Assembly: GCA_963514005.1 (NCBI GenBank)
Contig: OY740806.1
Span: 21,328,001 to 21,392,000, forward strand
DNA from: Raja brachyura
Taxonomy: Eukaryota
Direction of reading: 5' to 3'
Length of the DNA stretch: 64,000 nucleotides
Shown: piece by piece, positions 14,001 through 28,900 of the stretch
How positions within the stretch are numbered: the first letter of the stretch is position 1
How the letters are laid out: the number at the start of each line of letters is the position of its first letter
The notes under the pieces: generated by a model
Databases searched by the model: none
Told to the model about the DNA's origin: nothing
What the model saw: the letters and a program-made list of their open reading frames with translations, nothing else
Made by a program: the position numbers and the translations under genes

Positions 14001-17000
14001 TATAATTCAAGTTCCTTTTACTTCATATCCCTTGATATATTTTTCCAAAAAAATTCTTGTCAATTTCCTAGAATTGGCACTAGGAAATTCAAGTGACATG
14101 GGTTTCCATAACCCTTTGTGTGAAGATAGGCTTTCTGATGTCATTCAAGAATAGTTGTCAATTCTATTTAATTCTAGATTCTATATCTTCCAAAAATGTT
14201 TCTGTTTTACTTTAGGATATGTTAGAATATTTAAACCCTTACGAATGCCCAAATATAGAAGGAAAATGGGTAACAGTAGACAAGTTGGAGACCACAACCA
14301 CTACTAATAATGAACCTCTGGACACAATGAAAGGTAACAAATATATCTGTTGTACCAATAGCAAACAGCTCAAAAGCCCAGTATTGCGAAAAGGAAAAAG
14401 AAATTGGTATCTCACGCAAAACAGGCGCCTAGCCTACACTTGGTCTCATTGATATAGAGGACTCCACATAGAGAGCACTGAACATAGTTGACGAAGTTAA
14501 AGGAGGGGCATGTGAATCTTTGTCTGACCTGTGAAGGGGTGTTAGGCTCCTTGGGTGGTGGTGAGAGAGTGTAGGGAAAAGTACTTCAGCACATGCAGTT
14601 CAACATCCTACTAGGGTACAACGCGGGGTGAGTAGCTAGGGATGAAAGAATCAAGGACTCATGGAGAGGGTGGTCCTTGCAGAAAGCACAAATGGTGAGG
14701 AGAAGAAGGTGCGACATGGTGTCACATTACAGCTGGCAGAGTTGACATTGTGGATGCAGTGATTGATATGGTGAAAGGTGAGGTCCAAGGGAACTCATCT
14801 CACATTTTTCGGGGTTGGGGGGGAGGGGAAGTTAGTTGAGAGAAGATATCTGATAAATGAAGGAAATGGGATCAAGAGTCCATCACTATTTTATGCTAGG
14901 ATGTTGCCTGGTTTGAACCATTTCACTTAGAAGAAGAGAAACAATAGGTTAAGGTTGTTTTTGTGGAGCAGAGGAGGCAGAGTGGTGACCAGACAGATCA
15001 TGAGGGAGGTCGTTAGGGGACGGCAAGAATTTTTTGTTTTTACCTTGTTGGAAGCTTTTGCTAAAAGGCAGGAGGTTTGGAGGACCCAAGTTTTATCTAG
15101 CTGTTAAGAGTCCATGAAGCTTCACATAAATGATAACCACTGGAATTTATAACTTGAATTTCAGCAATATAAATCTAATATCACCATTACATACATTAAT
15201 CAAAAGATGGAATAGCAATTAAGCACAGAATGTAAATCACAGCCAATCTACAAATTCAATCAGATGTGTCATTTACAAGCGAAGAAAGATGATACAATTA
15301 CAGTCTAATGTAAATACTTGAGCAGATTAGCACCATATAACACCGAGATAACAAGACATAGTGTAGTTGGGAAAGGCGTGGGTTCTTCTAGTGTTCAAGG
15401 TTCAAGATTAGTTTATTGGTCACATACACCAATTGGTGTAGTGAAATGTTTCTTGCCATGCAGCACATAAAATAAAGAATACAGACATAACACTAATAAA
15501 GAGATTTAAACATTAAAAAAACATCCCCCCACAATGGTTCCCATTATGAGGGAAGGCACAATGTCCAGTCCCCAACCGTTGTCCAACCATAGTCGGGCCT
15601 ATTGAGGCCTCCGCAGTCGCCTTCACCGAGGCCCGATGTTCCAGGCAGTTCTCGCCGGGTGATGGTGCTCCGGCGTCGGGAGAATCCTCTCTGCGGCTTG
15701 GGACACCTGGAACAGCCGCCTCTTACTGGAGTCCGCGGCTTTCGAAGCCGACAAGGCTGCGCTGAATGGAGCTCCCCCACTGGCTCCGGATGTTAAAGTT
15801 CAGCGCCGCCGCCCGCAGCTCCGCGATGTTTTCCTCCGCGGTCTCAGCTCACCAGAGTTCCAGGGCAGCGACCCAGGCAAGGCATCACCCGCTCCGCCCC
15901 GTGATGGCGCTCCAGCGCTGAGCCGCTGCCGAAGCCGAGGTTCTGGGCGGTCCCCTCAGGAAACGCCGCTCCAGGCCCGCTGGTAGGCCGCGAGGACGGG
16001 TCAAAAGTGCAGCCCGGAGAAAGCTGCCTCTCCGACCAGATAGGGACCAGGAAAAGCAGTTTCCCCCATCCCCCCCCCCCCCCCCCCCCCCACATAAAAA
16101 AAGAATAAGGCTCCAAAAACAAAACACTTTAACACACTAAAATAAAGAAAAGGGCGAAAAACATACAGCTGCAGGCTGGGCAGCCATACCATACAGTACG
16201 GCGCCCCCGTACTGTATGGTTTTCTCCTTCCCATCACAATCTAAAGAAGGGTCTAAACAAGTCTAAAGCTCGGTCTTGACTTGAAATGTCACCTATCCAC
16301 ATTCTCCAGAAAGGCTTCCTGACTTGCTGAGTTACTCTAACACGTTGTGTCCTTCACAGTACCAGCCTTGTATTACAACATTGTCACTGTGCCAAATATT
16401 TATTAACATCTATAACTCTCCATGTTTGCTTTTTTCAGGAGGAGGAGAAAGGCAGCGACTTGAGGAACTATTTTGTCATCTACATACCTTAGTTTGTAAA
16501 ATCAACTCTGGACACATTACTATCTCTGGAAAAATAATTGAAAAGGCACACAAACGATTTGAATATCCAGGTGGTTTGGCTATGTCCACTCAAGATCAGA
16601 TTGATCCAAAGGTAATAAATGTTCAAAGGACCAAAGTTGTCATAAAACAGAAAAACAATGCAACAAATGGCACGATTAATATAATGGTTTAATATGTATC
16701 AATAGTGGACTGATGGGGGTGTTGCAGGAGGCAGTAGAATCACAAGCATGCCCTCCAGAAACACTCACCAATCCTCCACAGACATTGCCACTAGAGGAAA
16801 ATATGCATAATTTAAGAGTGTAAGCAATTTTATTTCAGAAATTACAAGGAATTAACTCAGTGGTTTAAAAATGAGCTAACTTAACTATTAAGCATGATAA
16901 TGCATATAGTAGGTGTTTAATAATGTTAAGACATCAAATAGTTATGGGTGGCAATAGCTGAGGCTGCCATATAATTATTTGGGAGAGCAAGAGAAAATAT

Positions 17001-20000
17001 AAGAGATATGTATTGTACATATTATCAATAGCTATTTTTGAGAAAAGTGGGTGCTAGCCTCTGTCTTGTGAACAGGTATTCTTCACACAATGTCACTAAA
17101 AGAGATTACCCAGTTATTACCAAATTACTGTTCATGGGAGGTTGCTGTGTTCAAATTGACTGCTGTGTTTCCTCCACTATTCCAGTGAATACAGATAACC
17201 CTCATTATAACAGACCGGGGGGGGGGGGGGGGGAAGTGTCCATTATTGCTGATTATCTGCTATAACAGAGAAATTGATTCGCTCCAGCCACATAACGTCA
17301 CTCCATGAAACAACGAGTTCTTTACAAATACAAAGTGCTTTTTAACTGTTAAAAATGTTTTTTTGTTAGTGCAAGTTAAAAAATACTAACGATTGTTTGT
17401 TACATTATTTAACAGAGTATCATTTCGCAAGTATCAATAGAAGTAATTGCTTGTCCATTTCAGTGACTCCCGCAGTGTAATGCAGTCGTATTTTTTAAGA
17501 AAAAGTGGTGTCTGATTACTATGCGGACAGACTAGTTGCTGTCATGAAAATCTGTTGTTTAGAGGTCCGTAATAAAAAGCGTAGACCGTGCACTTAAGCA
17601 GCAATTCATTAGGTGTGATGCAATTTGTAATTTTTTTTTTAATTCACTAGTTGATATATGGTTGCCAGCCTTCCTTTCATCTTAACTATAAAGCGAATTA
17701 ACCTCTACATTTTGTCATTTTCTCTGCAGCTCGTGAACCATGTTGGACGGTTTGTCTTTGACAGTGCATTAAAATCAAGCATTGTTCAGAAACAAGGAAC
17801 AGATTTATCCTTGACAAACGGTGAGTCCGAAAACCCCAAAACATTTTTCAACATCAATGGCTGGGTGTTGTAGTAAAAATAGCCGCAAAACTATCAACAT
17901 ATTATTAAATAGTACACCAGGTGGCAACATCCGGCATAAAAGCAGAGATCAGGGAGCAGCTGACTGAATGGCCCTGATTCTCCAAAGGTTTATTTAGCTC
18001 TCCAAACCATTTATCCTGGTTGTTCTGATTACATCAGAATGATTTATATTGCAACCCCCTAGTGTGTACCAGCCTCGTGCCCACACGCAAGAGCACATGC
18101 AGATAGTCACTGAACACCAGTTACATCTTTGCCTCTTTAGAAATAGGAAACATAAGACCAGGACTCTTCCATTTGGACACTTGAATTTGCTTTGCCATTT
18201 GATATCATCATGGCTGATCTATCAGCTCAAACCCCACAATAGTTTACATTTTATATGACCAGAAATTTGTCTGTCGCATTCTTTAATATCTTTAGCAATT
18301 TGCCGCCACAACCTTCTGAAGTTCACAGATTTTCCATGTTTCACGAGTGTCCTAATTAACTGAAGCATTCAAAATGTAGAAACAAGGATCTGCAATTGCT
18401 GGTTTACCAATGAAAGACAAAAAATGCTGGAGTAACACAGTTGGTCAGGGAACATCCCTGGAGAACATGGGCAGGTGACTTTCCGGGTCAAGACCCTAAC
18501 CATCACCTTTTGGGGCAAAGGGTCCAGGCACAAAACGTCACCTGTCCATGTTCTCCGGGGTTGCTGCCTGACCTGCTGAGTTACTCCAACACTTTGGGTC
18601 TTTCCTTTACCTTCCTACTGTTGTACTCAGTTGCCTTAGCAATAACTGTCAGTGTCTTGTTAGCTTTCCTCAATACTTGCTGTGTATTTTGCAATTCATG
18701 CCATTGGATGTCTATATGCCTCTGCATCTCAAAGTTCTGAAACTAAAACACACCCACGGATTTCCTGGCCAACCTGGTTAATAGAATAGGCCAAGAGACA
18801 TCAGAGACTGAAGATTCTGGACTTGAGCAAAAATAAACCTGGAGGATCTCATTGGGTGAAGCATCAACCATGGAAAGAAATGAACAGGTGCCATCTAGGG
18901 TTGAGACTTTTCTTTTTCTTCTTTTGCTGAAGAATTAATCCTTGTTGTGGCCATTCCTGGTTGAAGGTGAGTCATTCAAGAAGCTAGAAATATTCACAAT
19001 GACACCATGGCTGCACAGTTCGAATTTCATCTCGAGTGCTGTGGGAACTCTAGCCTGTGCACAATCCATGTTCAGATCATACTTCCAGAGAAGATGCAAT
19101 AGGAGGGTGAGAGCAACCCTGATGAACCCAAGGTGCTGGAGCAACTCAGCAGGTCAAGCAATATCTCTGGACATCATGATGGTGTTTCAGGCCAGGACCC
19201 TTCTTCAGACAGAATTACTCCAGCACTTTCTGCCCTTTTGTGTAAACCAGTATCTGCAGTTCCTTGTTTATTCATTCTGAGGAAAGCATGACAGTGTGAC
19301 TTAGACTCAAAGTGCTGGTGTAACTCAACGGGTCAAGCACATCTCTGGAGAAAAGGAATAGGTGAGGTTTCCGGTTGAGACCTATCTCCAGACTCTACCT
19401 GAAGCATCACCTGTTCCCTTTCTCCAGAGATGCTGCCTGAACCCGGTCAGTTACTCCAGCATTTTGTGTCTATCTTTGGTATAAACTTGCATGTGCAGTT
19501 CCTTCCTACACTGAGTCACTGTGTGGGACTGGATTTGCCTGTGTATCAGACAAGGCAGCAATTCCAAATCACTTTCTTCATTAACATTAGCGAAGCAATT
19601 GGGACGTAATGGCAACGACACCTTCTGGTTATTTTAGCTGGATTGGCAAATTTCTGTCCTGAAGATTTGAACTGACAACCTTGGATGATGTTGATTTCAT
19701 ATCATAGCATCTGCATGTATATTGCCAACTAACTATAGAGTGTGATGGTGTGGATGTGCGCTGAGAAATGTGTAAGAGAAACATCAGAAGTGATACATGT
19801 CATATATCTATGTGTTTTGTTTATGCAGAAGTGGTGTCTATGCCAGTTTCAACCTCTCCTTACAATGAGGAGCTAACTGAGATCCTACTATCCTCTCCTC
19901 TTCTGAAAAGACTTGAAGAAATGAAACAAACATTAATAAATCCTCAGCATGACATCAACGCAGGTAGGGTGCTGATATTAGGCAAACTCGTCATGCCAAT

Positions 20001-22870
20001 ACAAATTGAGAAATTACCATTGAATTAATGCCTCATGTATGTATTAAATAAAATCTCAATTAAAATGAGATTAGTATAATTGTATAATTATTGGTCAGCG
20101 CCAACTAATTTAGTCTCATACTGGCTGAATGTATTCACCTTTATTGTAGTATTTGTTTGTGATGGGCATATTTTTTTTAACTTTCTGTTGCCTGGTCTCT
20201 CCTTGTACATTTCTTAACAAAGCTACCTGCTTTTGTGTGGAATTGAGCCAATCTCTAAATAAATGGGATGAGGAACCTTTCCATCCTGAAATTAGCCTCC
20301 ACAATTTCCCCCTCTGACTGAAAGCTCTCCAGCTCGTAACTTTAAGTTACTTGGACAGAGGAAGTTGACAGATAGAATCCAACAGTCAGTTTTCATAGAA
20401 TTAACCACAACTTCTGGATTGATAGCATAGTTTAAAAACCTGACATATTCATTGCGTGAATCCATTCTTACCCCCGATTACCTCTTGGTACTTAACATTA
20501 TGTTTCTCTTTATAGAACGCTGTGATAATCTACCATATCTTGTTCCATTGAATGACGAGCGACTCATTCCAACTGATCTGGGCACCCTGAGCCCACACCA
20601 CTTTGTGATCTACCGATATGGGTGTTCTATCATCCACCTACTCTGCAGTAGTTGTGACCACAATCCTTTAACCCTTCTCATGGCCGACAGTGTTCCCAAT
20701 GAACAAGCCATCTGCTGCCAAAATAGGTCATACAACAAGGGATTTTACTATGATGCTATCAAAAGGATACTGTACATCAAGTCAACTTGGCTCAACAATG
20801 TAGGAAGGTTTATTGTTTTTATTCTGCACATAATGGCACATTTTAAAACTGGTAAGTTAACTACTATTTTTGTCAGAATTCTCCAGCACCTTGTGTTTTA
20901 ATGGCACTTCATTGTCACGCATACGTAACTACAATGAAATTCCTTTTTGCATACAGTTCAGTGATAAATCCTGCTATTCATTAGGCACAAACATACTAAG
21001 TACAAGAGTGTAAGATAGTAGATCAAATGATATGTTGCGTGCTCCACTTTCGGAATTATTTGATAGACCAAATCATTCTATTAGTTTTAAACTGGCAGTT
21101 GTATCTTTTTGTGTAATTTTACAGGTACCTTAAAATCTACCTCTCTTTCCAGGAATCCAAATACACGATGATCACCCTGTCTTCACTGAGGAGTTTGGTC
21201 ATGCAGTTTCAACTCTGGCAACCACCCTGTTCTTCATGGTCTGCGACACCACTTTTCCTGTGGCAGATGAGGACCAAAACACTGGAATATTGGTAATAGT
21301 CCCAATGTTTAGCCTGTGATAGGACTCCTTTAATCAAACAAATGAAACAATAACATTAATATTCAGTACCCTCGTGGAAGCAATTAAATATTTTATTTTC
21401 CTTGAATAACATTTCCATTATGGGCACAATTAGCAAACATGAGAATAAATTGCTTTGTTTTTCTGAACTAAATACATGGTGCACATTTCCACCTTAATTT
21501 ATTTGTGTAATCTCAAAAGCAAAGTCCAGAACAAATTGGCAACATGTTTGCATTATTAATCCCCTTGCATTAAAACATGTTCATCCATATATTCAGGAGC
21601 TAAAACTTAATGTCGTTTTATTAATCTGAAGATGTATTCATCCAAAAATTAGTATTTCTATCAAGAATTAGTAATCTGATTCTAAATCACTGAAAATAAC
21701 TAAGCCAATACTGATCAATTTATTCCACGAAAGTCTGAGACAGATCGTCACCTATCCGTGTTCTCCAGGGATGCTGCCTGGCCCGCTGAGTTAAGGGCCT
21801 GTCCTACCAGCATCCGACTCCATGCGATGAGCGCGATCAAACTAGAAGCGGGGGCCGCGCGGAGGTCGGGTGATCCCCTGTACAGGGCCGTTCCCACCAA
21901 CATGAGCCTGCATGCAGCAAGCGCAACCAAATCAGCAGCGAGGGCCGCGCGGAGGTCGGGTGAGTGGCGCAACGCGGCGCAACTTGGAGTGAAGTCTTAA
22001 GGTAAGTTCGCCAGGACAGAGAGGGGCACACAGAGAGGGGCACACAGGCACACACACAGAGGGCCATGGAGCCACACACATAGAGGGTCACGGAGGCACC
22101 TACAGATAGGTTCACGGAGGCACGATGTCGAGGCGGTGTGTCATGCGTCGAGGCGACTGCAAGCCGACAAGCCGTTGCCGCGCGGAATTTTTGAACATAG
22201 TCAGTTTTTCGGAGCCCCGCGCGATGTCGGGACGAACTCCGCACGACTCCGGCGATCAAAGTGGGACCGGCCCCGCGGCGCCGGACGGCTCAAGCGACCA
22301 CGTTAGGTCGCGCTCATCGCATAGAGTTGCATGCTGGTGGGACAGGCCCCTTACTCCAGCACTTTATGTCTTTTGAACTACTTATTAGTTTGGCAGATAC
22401 TAGTCAGTATCGTCGTTAAATTCAATTTTCTTCAACATTATTAAGATCTTCTAAGATTTGCTCAGTGCCATCTTCCCCCAGCTCCAGTAAAGAACACCCT
22501 CATACATCAATGTGTAGGAAGGATCTGCAGGTGTTAGTTTACACCAAAGATGCATACAAAATGAAGAAGGGTCTCGACCCAAAACATCACCCATTCCTTC
22601 TCTCCAGAGATGCCGCCTGTCCAGCTGAGTTACTCCAGCATTTGTTGTCTACTATAATACATCAATATGTTTGGCCAATGTTACAGCAAAGCAGTTCATG
22701 TTTCTTGCTTTCCACACTTCACATTTTGGTGACAGCACTGATGTATGTTTTTATTGACCTCCACTTCGATTGAGCAGCTAAGAACTAGAAATGAAATATG
22801 AAGTCATTAATACTTTAAGAGTGTTCAAGTTGCTGCTCTTTAACTTCGTTGATTGAATTATTTTTACAAA

Positions 22871-22908
<38 letters not shown>

Positions 22909-25900
22909 CGCATCTCCAATTTGCAGTCCTCTCAATTTTCAAGTCTTCAATTAAAACCATGGATCGTGAAAAAATATATTATGTTCCTCTGCAATAAAAA
23001 AATAACGTTTGTTCTTGAAATACATCTACCACTTTCTCATGAATCATATTGTCAGATAAATTCTAGATTCTTTAATATATTTATATATACACCTTTTAAG
23101 ACTTGTGTAATACTGTGTCTTCGTTCATTCTTTGAACTACTATTTGATTTAAAACACATGGCTCTTTTAAATGCCCAAATGAATGAGTGTTTGTGTCTTT
23201 GTCCAATGTAACCAAGTACAAATAACCATAGTTGCTCTTCTCCATGGTCTTTGTATTTTATGCACATATTCCAATATTTATTTAGAAACCGATAAAATGC
23301 TCCAAATGATTATCTTTGTGGAGATTCAGTGATTCCACCCTACATTTTATAACGTGTGTTTGCTGCATGTCAATTGTTATGCCATTTCTGTCACCTAAAT
23401 ATTCTGTTTGTCAGCATCACATACAAATAATTTATATTGCTTTAATTACTCGCATATGAAAGCCTGATGTTAATTATGCTTAGGTGCTCTACATGTATAA
23501 AACAATTTCTGCATTATACTGCATTCTCTCTTTGTTCGTTGTTATCCACCCTAATTGGGGTGGGAGATTGCAACCTTCACGTGGTCCGCCCTGTTTCAAC
23601 AAATGGTATCAACCTGGCGTGTACAATCTAATAAGATCAAATAGAACAAGTTGGCCTACAACTTTAGGCTGTGCACGCCATACACAAGAAGAAGAAGATC
23701 CAACCTGATCTTTGTCATTATTAATTCACTATAAGTTGGTAGTGAAGGTATAGAAGTAATAGGACTTAGCTCAGCAGGATCTCACCAAGGTAAACATAGG
23801 TAGATATTGTTGTTTCAATGGGAAACCTCTGATGAATGGTTGTTGACTAAAATCACTAAATCTGTTTTTCTTCTTCCTGAGAAGTTATAATCTGCTGAAT
23901 ATTTTAAGGATTTTCAGATTTTGTTTAAAACGCATTTCTCCCAGGCAAGCCCAGTAATGTGCACAAAAAGGGCCAATTTCCCCAGCAACTCTCCAAAGCA
24001 GGTTACTTAGGAAATGGCATTCTTTGCTATGAGATTAAGGTGAAAATCATATCTGACACTCACGAGAGTTGCACTAGAAAGTGCATAGTCAATTTTCCAG
24101 AGTGATGCTAAATAATCCATAAATGTCAATACTATGTCACATCCCAGGGAGAAACTCATTTTTAATCATGTAAAGCTGAAAAAAATCAGCACTTTGCAAT
24201 TGAATTTCTAGGTCACTGTATGGCGGTGAATTATGAGCAACTGTTCTGAATTGCTGAGGTGTGAACTGTGGGAATCATTTGGGTGTGGACTGTGGACATT
24301 ATTTGGGTGTGAATAGAGGGCACCATTTGGGTGTAAACTGTGCGGACAGTTTGTGAACTATGGTGCTGTTTCCACTTTTCAGGATTCTGAAATCCGGAAA
24401 AAAATTAACCAACTTCCTTTCGCTCATTCAATCTTTGAAGATCTTATTCGTATCAAAGTTGCACCTGAATCAAAGTTTATGGAAGAAATTCTAAATGAAA
24501 GGTACGTGTCTTCTGACAATTTTGTTCTTCAGTATCCAGGCATTGATTAAGATTCAAATGCAAATATCTCATTGTTTTAAAGGTCATCCTCCCAGTATAA
24601 ACTTAGCAATATGACTATAATATTCATAAATTATTCAGAAGAAACAAATGCTGGAGTGGATCATACTGATCTTCAAACATGTTCAATCTTTCCATAAGAT
24701 CTTGGCTGGTCTTGTCCATTTTCCCGAGGATGATTTGGTTAATATAAGAGGAGGGTTTGATGGCTTTGGTCCTATTCTCGCGGGACTTTAGAAAGATGCG
24801 AGGGGATCTCATTGAAACCTGCCGAATAATGAAAGGCCTAGAAAGAGTGTATGTGGACATGATGTTTCCAGTAGTGTGGAGAGTCTAGAACCGAAACGTA
24901 CCTTTAGAATGGAGATGAGGAGGAATTTCTTGAGGAAGACGGTCGTGAATCTGTGGAATTCATTCCCACAGGTCGTCATTGGGTATTTTTAAAGTGGAGA
25001 TTGATAGGTTCTTGATTAACAAGGGCATCTAATGTTGCAGGGAGAAGGCAAGAGAATGGGGCTGAGAGGAATAAATAGATTAGCCATGGATGAATGATGA
25101 AGCAAACTCGATGGGCCAAATGGGCTAATTTGGTGTGTTTTATGGTCTTATCCAATTACCTGCCTACTTGCCCCGTGATATAGAATGGAAGATTGAGAGT
25201 CCAGAGCCCCCTGAGGTAGATTTAATCCAAAGATTTACAACACCCCATTAAAAGAAATGTCTCCATCTTTCAGGATTAAATCACCAAACTCGAGTCCTGC
25301 GAGTGGACTTGTCCTGAATCTAATTCAGGCAGGTGAAACTCTTGCCATATTTCCATTTCATGCCTAACTTTTTTCCTTCATTCTTGTATTACATATATAG
25401 TTTAGTTTATTTTCATGTGTACCAAGGTAGAGTGAAAAGCTTTTGTTACATACTATCCAGTCAGCGGAAAGACAAATGGCATTGTCTTTCAGTGAATATA
25501 ATTTATAACCATGGAACCTGAAGGTGTGGTATGTTTCACAATCTTGCATTCTGTAAGGCACTAAGTCCGGGAATGGAATCATAGGGTAAATGCAGTACAT
25601 CTCCTCTTCCACCAGTTGGAGCAGGATTGCAAACATCTGCTGAGCCATAAATTATATTATTTCCATCTAAAGACAAAAAAATATCCAAAGGAAGCTACGT
25701 TGTTTGGTATTATTTATATCCACTGAATGTACACTTTGGAGGCACAATGAATCAATTTCTTTATCAGGTTTAAAAATATAAAATTTGAATGGAGGAATTT
25801 TTTCAGCAGATTTGAGGCAGAAGACCCATGACATTCCAAACCCATGACTTTGAGTGTATATTTAATGGAAAAATGACCTAATCTTTTCTAAATATAAATC

Positions 25901-28900
25901 AAATAAATTAATTAGATTTTGCTGAAATTATTTGACGTTTATTAAGGACATGAAATTCTTCATTAGGGACTTTAGAGTCTCCCATTTAGGGTACATGTTT
26001 TACCTTAAACATAAACATAAAACTTTACCTATTGACCTGAAAAATGGATATTTATCTTAACTGTAAACTAAGCATAGATCAAACCTATCCACTTCTCCTC
26101 CTTTTATGATGCGTCTCAAAGCCTCTTGTTGCCACGTTGAACATCTTTCCAAATAACCCTCCTATTATGTACCTCTCGATGTTTTACATGGCTAGAGACA
26201 CATTGTAGTTGTCATTATTTTTGCTTTACCCATTATGTAATTTTAATTCCCAACGTAACAACTATGGTCAATACTATTTTGATCAAACTAACTTATGATC
26301 ACAACTTAAATCTTCATGATCTGTTTTTCTTTTTCACTTTTGTCACTGCTTTCTAATTTCCAGACTTAAGAAATACACAATATTTAAACCGCATAATGTG
26401 TTTCAAGATGTCCTGAGGTCCACAGAAATATATAGTGGACTCTCTGTCCAGAAAACAAGGATGGCTGATGTGACTTCGGAAACAGGTAACTCATGAGAAC
26501 CACGTTTTCGATTTCTATGAAGCAGAAACCAGATTCTTAATTAGCCCAGAAAGGGTGTTCTTTACTGGAATGCCATTACACTTGTAATAAACTTGGCCAC
26601 TTCAAAGTACAGAATGAAGGCAGAGGTGGAACGTAAAATGTATCTTTTAATGTCAACCTGCGTGTGTGGTATTTTTTAAGTAACTTATGTTGAAAAGTTT
26701 TGCACGGTTAGATGTTTCATTTTTCAATTTAGTGCAGTGATTTGTATATCAGTATCTCATCAGCTGTGAAATAATGTGAGAATTTATGCATGCATTTTAC
26801 ATTTACAATGAATAATTGGTTCTGAGATTTTGTGAACAGAAAATATCCATTGAATTTCTGTGCCACCAGTTCTAGAAAGATATCTTGAGAAGTTCATTCC
26901 TTGTCTTTCATTGATACTAATTAAATAGCAATAATGAGGAGATTTCAAAAGGTGTTTTTTTTAAATTAGATAAGAAAGATGATAAACAATTGACAAACCA
27001 GATTTCAGTATCTTCTCCTCATTAACGCACTGGAGAATAGCTGATTGAACAAACAAAAATACTTAATTAACAAAAGCCTTTTTTCTCAGGAAGAAAGGAA
27101 GCTGAGGGGTGGAAACACAAGAGACTGCAAATGTTGGAATCTTGAGTGAGAAACAAACTGCTGGATGAACTCAGTTGGTCAGGCAGCATCTGTGAAGGGA
27201 TATAGACAGATGATATTTGGGGAAGGGGGGGGGGGTGTCCAGAATTATGGAGGGATGAACAGATGGAGGAAGAAAAGGAATTGAGTGACAGGGGCAAGGG
27301 GAGTGGAAATTGGGTGGGGGATGAGAGTGGGGGAGAGAAGCTGAGTAAACGAGCAGGAGATTTGGTGCCTGAATTTGGAGAATTAATGTTCAGCATGTCA
27401 GGTTGTAAGCTACCCAAACTGATATGGAGGAGGTCACACTGAGAGCACTGAATGCAATAGATGAGATTGAAGGAGGTGCATATAAGCATCTATCTCTCCT
27501 GTAAGGGCTGAGGGGGCCTCAGTGGAGGTGAGGGAAGAAATGTTGGGACAGATGTTGCGCCTCCAGTAGTGTGGGGAGGGAGCGAGGATGATAGTGGTGG
27601 GATGGGAGGGATGATGAACCAGGTCTTCAGAGTGTTCTCTGCAGAAAACAGAATGGGGTAAGGGCGGGAAGATGTAACATTTTGTTGGGTTAGATTGACG
27701 CTGTTGCAAATGTCAGGGATTAACATATTGGATGCAGACTCTGGTGGGGTGAAAGGTAAGGACCAGGAGAAGTGTATCTCTGCTCTGTCTCGGGGGAGAT
27801 ATGGCAAGAGCGGAACTGTGAGAAACAGTGGAGACGTGAATGAGAGCTTCATTCACTACTGCTGAGGGGTATCTTCACGCATCTTGAAGAAAGAGGAAAT
27901 CTCCAATCTCCGCTCTCCGATGGCCTAGGGTGGAAAGCCTCATCTTGAGCGCTGTTACAACAGAGACAGAAGCTGCGAGAAAGAGATGGCATGCTTGCAA
28001 GAGCGGGTGTAGTTAAGGCAGCTGTGGGACTCGGTGGGTTTGTAAAAGGTGTTTCTGGAGATTGAGAGACCAAGAAAAGGGAGAGAAGTAAATTTGAGGG
28101 CAGGAGATGAAGCTGATGAATTCCACAAGTTGAAACTGACAAATCAACCATCCCACCACAACTAGAGAGCAGTCCTGAACTACTATCAATCTCATTGGAG
28201 ACTCTCGGACTATCTTTGATCGGACTTTACTGGCTTTATCTTGCACTAAACATTATTCCTTTTATCATGTATCTGTACACTGCAAATGGCTCACTTGTAA
28301 TCATGTGTTGTCGTTCTGCTGACTGGTTAGCACGTAAAAAAAGCTTTTCACTGTACCTCTGTACACATGACAACAAACTTAACTAACTAACTCTGCCCAG
28401 ATGCAGAAGGTAGCCCCAAGCTTTTAGGATGTCTATCTAAATTAATCCCGTTTGTCTGGTTTGGCCCATATCCCTCTAAGGCTTTCCTATCCCTGTAGCT
28501 GTTGATGTAGCAAAGAAAGAGTTGAGGAATGGTGGAAGGGTACTTTCGAACAAGGATTTCAAAGTAGCCAACAAAAAGACAGCCAAGGGGTGATTGTATT
28601 GAGGCTTACATAATTATAATAGTATAAAACATAGATAGAATAGATAGTCACGTCTTTATACCAGGTAGAAAGGCGTAAAATAGAGGGCATATGCTTAAGG
28701 AGAGAAGGAAAAGATTTAAAGGGGATAGTGATGGACATGATTTTCAGAGAGAGTGTTGGGTCTCTTGAATTAGCTGCCAGAGAAGAATGATAGAGGCAGG
28801 TAAAATTAAATTTTTTTGAAAAAATATTAACAGCTACATGGATAGGAAAGCCTTAGAGGGATATGGGTCAAACCAGACAAATGGGATTAATTCAGGTAGA

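Noticed and set aside
24259-24366. CRISPR-like array or other prokaryotic system
   Set aside because: Degenerate tandem units with no unique spacers, in a clearly spliced vertebrate locus.
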